Assembly (NCBI GenBank): GCA_965248925.1
Contig: CBDFLE010000006.1
Span: 1,536,001 to 1,600,000 of the forward strand
DNA length: 64,000 nt
Source: Candidatus Multivoradales bacterium
GTDB taxonomy: Bacteria > Acidobacteriota > Thermoanaerobaculia > Multivoradales > J023
Direction: 5' to 3'
The position numbers and the translations under genes were made by a program. The notes under the pieces were generated by a model. The model had not been told where the DNA came from and searched no databases. It worked only from the letters and a program-made list of their open reading frames with translations. Shown here piece after piece: positions 61,506 to 64,000 of this stretch (position 1 is the stretch's first letter; each line of letters starts with the position of its first letter).

Positions 61506-64000
61506 TCATTGCCATTCTCCTTGCAGCACAAAGGCACCCCAGTAGTAGGGATCGGCCCAGCGCCGCTGACTGAGAATCGAGATCTGGGCCGCCCGCAGCG
61601 CCGCCGCCGGGGTCAGACCGTCGACCGACATGGAGCGGTAGAAGTGGGCCATCAGCTCTGCCGTGGCCCGATCCTCCACCCGCCACAGACTTGCCACCAC
61701 CCGCGGCACGCCGGCATACATGAAGCCGCGGGTGAGGCCGACCAAACCCTCGCCCAGAATCTCCCGTCCAAGAGCGGTTTGGCAGCCGCTTAGAACCACC
61801 AAGTCGGCAGCGAGCTGCAGGTCGTAGATATCGCGCAAACGCAGGAAGCCCTCGCGCGCCTTGCCCTGCTGATCGAACAACGACAGCACCAGGCCCGACA
61901 GCTGCGGTGTCTCGGCGTGGATCAGCCCATGGGTGGCGAAATGGACGATTCTGTAGTGGCGCAGCTCACCGCCGAGCACCAGTTGGCGATTGGCGGCGAA
62001 GTCGAGCGCCATCATCACCTCAGCGGGCGCTCCCAAGGAGGCTATCGCCGTGGCCTCGCGACGGCTAGAAGGCAGGCGATCAAAGGACAGCTGGCGAAGT
62101 CCTGCCGCTCCGGCCGGCGAGCCCGACCGGACCCGAGCGGCGCCCAGTCTGGGATCGCGCGCGTCGAAAACCGGATCGGCCAGCACCGCCGCCCAGCGCG
62201 GAGCCGGCAGGCGGCTAGCCGTGGCGGCCCGCTGGATGCTCAAGGCCGAAGCCGAAGGCAAGTGGACGACTTCATGCTCCAGCACCAGGGGCATTGGCCG
62301 GCCGGCGGATTCGGTCGCACCGCGCCGTGCGGGCGCCGGCAAGGTAGCGAAGGGTAGGTAGTGCAGCACGCCGTCGGCAACCACCACCAAACGGTGTCCC
62401 AACAAACGCTCGGCAACCGGCCCCAGGAGCAGGTCACTGAGCTTTCTGGCAGCCTGCCGTTGCTCGCCACTGGCCCGCGGATCGAAGGTAGCGAGCTGCT
62501 GTACGACCGGGCGAACCACCTGCTCTAACTCCGCGCTGCCGGGCAGCTCGTGGACTTCGAAGCTGCTAGCGGTCAGCACCCATAGAAAGCTCCGCCGGGT
62601 ACCCAAGGTGTATTCCAGCAGCAGCGTATCGTCGGTCAGAAGATCTTGGGTGGCCGCCAGATCGAGGGGTCGCGGGTAGGCCAGCGCTTCGTAGCGCGGA
62701 CTCTGCCGGCGAATCTCCGCCTCGAGAGAGTCGAGATCGGCAACCACTTCGTAGAGCTCCAGCTGGGCCTCTTCTTCTGCCCGTCCCTGACTCAGCAAGG
62801 TCAGCCGGCGACTGGCCTTGGCGTCAAGCCTCCGCTGCAGCAGTTGACGGCGACGGCGCAGGTCGGGATCCAGGGGCCGGCCCAGATTGGTGCCGGCAGC
62901 CGACAGCATGTCGAGCAGACTGCGAGCGCGAGCTTGTTCAGCCACCTGCCGCGCCAGCTGGGCGAATTCGCCTCCCGGCTGAGGCGAGTGCAACTCCATC
63001 AACAGGTCGATTTCGAGCTCGTAAGCCTGCCTTTGCGAGGCGAGAAACGTGGCCCTTAGATCGGCCGCGCTCACCCTTGTGCGCAGGGATTCGACGCGAG
63101 CCAGAGCTTGCTCCACATCGCGCCTCGCTGAGTGCAACTGACCCAGTTGACGCTGGGCTTCGGCGAGCACGGTGAGACTCTCGATTTCACCATAGGGATC
63201 GCTCATCCCCAAGCGCAGGCTGAGTGCTCGGCGGAGGCTGAATTGGGCCTGCCGCGGCTCTCCCAAGGCTAGCTGCGCCGCGCCGCGAGAGTGCAGAGCA
63301 GTGGCTGCTTCGCGGCGGTCCTCGATGCTGGCCAATACCGCCAAGACTTGATCGAACAGACCGAGTGCAGCGCGCGGATCACCCGCCGCCACCAGACTCT
63401 GGCCCATGCGATTCAGCGTGCTCGCTTCGCCGCGCCGATCACCCACCGCCCGGCGCAAAGCCAATGACTGACTGAAGAGCTGCTGCGCGTGGCGATGCTC
63501 GGCCAAACTCGACCGTACCTGGCCGAGCACACTGAGGGTGATCGACTCACCCCGCCGATCGCCCACCTGGCGCCGCAAGGCCAAAGCCTGGCCCAAGAAG
63601 GTCAAGGCCCGGCGCGGCTCACCCAGGCTGAAGTAGGCAAAGCCGATGTTGTGCAGAGCCGACCCTTGACGACCCGTGTCGCCGAGCTCGCGGCGCACTG
63701 CGAGAGCCCCCAGATAGTGATCGAGAGCCGCTTGCATCTCACCGCCCCGGCGATAGACCACGGCGATGTTGTTGAGGCTCTGGGCTTCTCCCTTCCGGTC
63801 CCCGGTCGCTTGCCGCAAGGCCAATGCCCGTTCGTGGTGTTCGAGCGCCAGCTGCGGCTCTCCCAGGTTGTTGTAGGCGCTGCCCAGATTACTGAGCACC
63901 AGAGCCTCGTGCCGAAATTCCCCCTGCTCACGGAGCAGCTGAAGTACCTCCTGATAGCACTCCAAGGCGTCACGCAAGCGGCCTTCCGAGTGAGATCGCA
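61506..64000 (-). CDS. TPR-CHAT caspase-like protease, 5' end beyond the window
   Basis: Tandem ~40-aa TPRs; ARARSLLDML; catalytic VHFATHG and VVLSGCQT; ASLWRV; PYYWGAF; frame open to the window edge. Confidence 0.95.
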   Translation of the reverse strand, partial: RSHSEGRLRDALECYQEVLQLLREQGEFRHEALVLSNLGSAYNNLGEPQLALEHHERALALRQATGDRKGEAQSLNNIAVVYRRGGEMQAALDHYLGALAVRRELGDTGRQGSALHNIGFAYFSLGEPRRALTFLGQALALRRQVGDRRGESITLSVLGQVRSSLAEHRHAQQLFSQSLALRRAVGDRRGEASTLNRMGQSLVAAGDPRAALGLFDQVLAVLASIEDRREAATALHSRGAAQLALGEPRQAQFSLRRALSLRLGMSDPYGEIESLTVLAEAQRQLGQLHSARRDVEQALARVESLRTRVSAADLRATFLASQRQAYELEIDLLMELHSPQPGGEFAQLARQVAEQARARSLLDMLSAAGTNLGRPLDPDLRRRRQLLQRRLDAKASRRLTLLSQGRAEEEAQLELYEVVADLDSLEAEIRRQSPRYEALAYPRPLDLAATQDLLTDDTLLLEYTLGTRRSFLWVLTASSFEVHELPGSAELEQVVRPVVQQLATFDPRASGEQRQAARKLSDLLLGPVAERLLGHRLVVVADGVLHYLPFATLPAPARRGATESAGRPMPLVLEHEVVHLPSASALSIQRAATASRLPAPRWAAVLADPVFDARDPRLGAARVRSGSPAGAAGLRQLSFDRLPSSRREATAIASLGAPAEVMMALDFAANRQLVLGGELRHYRIVHFATHGLIHAETPQLSGLVLSLFDQQGKAREGFLRLRDIYDLQLAADLVVLSGCQTALGREILGEGLVGLTRGFMYAGVPRVVASLWRVEDRATAELMAHFYRSMSVDGLTPAAALRAAQISILSQRRWADPYYWGAFVLQGEWQ

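Overview
High-GC (visually ~64%) bacterial chromosomal window, most likely Acidobacteriota (Thermoanaerobaculia-like; inferred from an Acidobacteria-type VWA protein and the overall gene set). About 55 kb is housekeeping plus hypothetical genes: deoC, acyl-CoA dehydrogenase, mce, separated carA and carB, lolE, vapBC, dinB, two POT transporters, tRNA-Pro(CGG), a PP2C phosphatase, rodZ, an extended greA, uvrA, selB, an NtrY-like kinase, smpB, a fadL + GDSL lipase pair, and cbpA-clpB. The right end (55.3-64 kb) is accessory. An MNT/HEPN toxin-antitoxin pair lies between clpB and an internally deleted copy of the clpB 3' end. Next comes a co-oriented minus-strand block: TPR-CHAT caspase-like protease, small ORF, ECF sigma factor, membrane zinc anti-sigma, and two paralogous ~400-aa proteins with MACPF/CDC/gasdermin-like sequence patterns, the second with degenerate hairpins. 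This block is the best candidate for an undescribed system: a protease-gated sigma switch controlling a putative two-component pore former. Other oddities are an SGNH pseudo-enzyme fused to tandem beta-rich domains, a POT paralog with altered motifs, a structured intergenic RNA candidate, probable leaderless transcripts and two pseudogene remnants. All calls come from motif reading only; no database searches were run.
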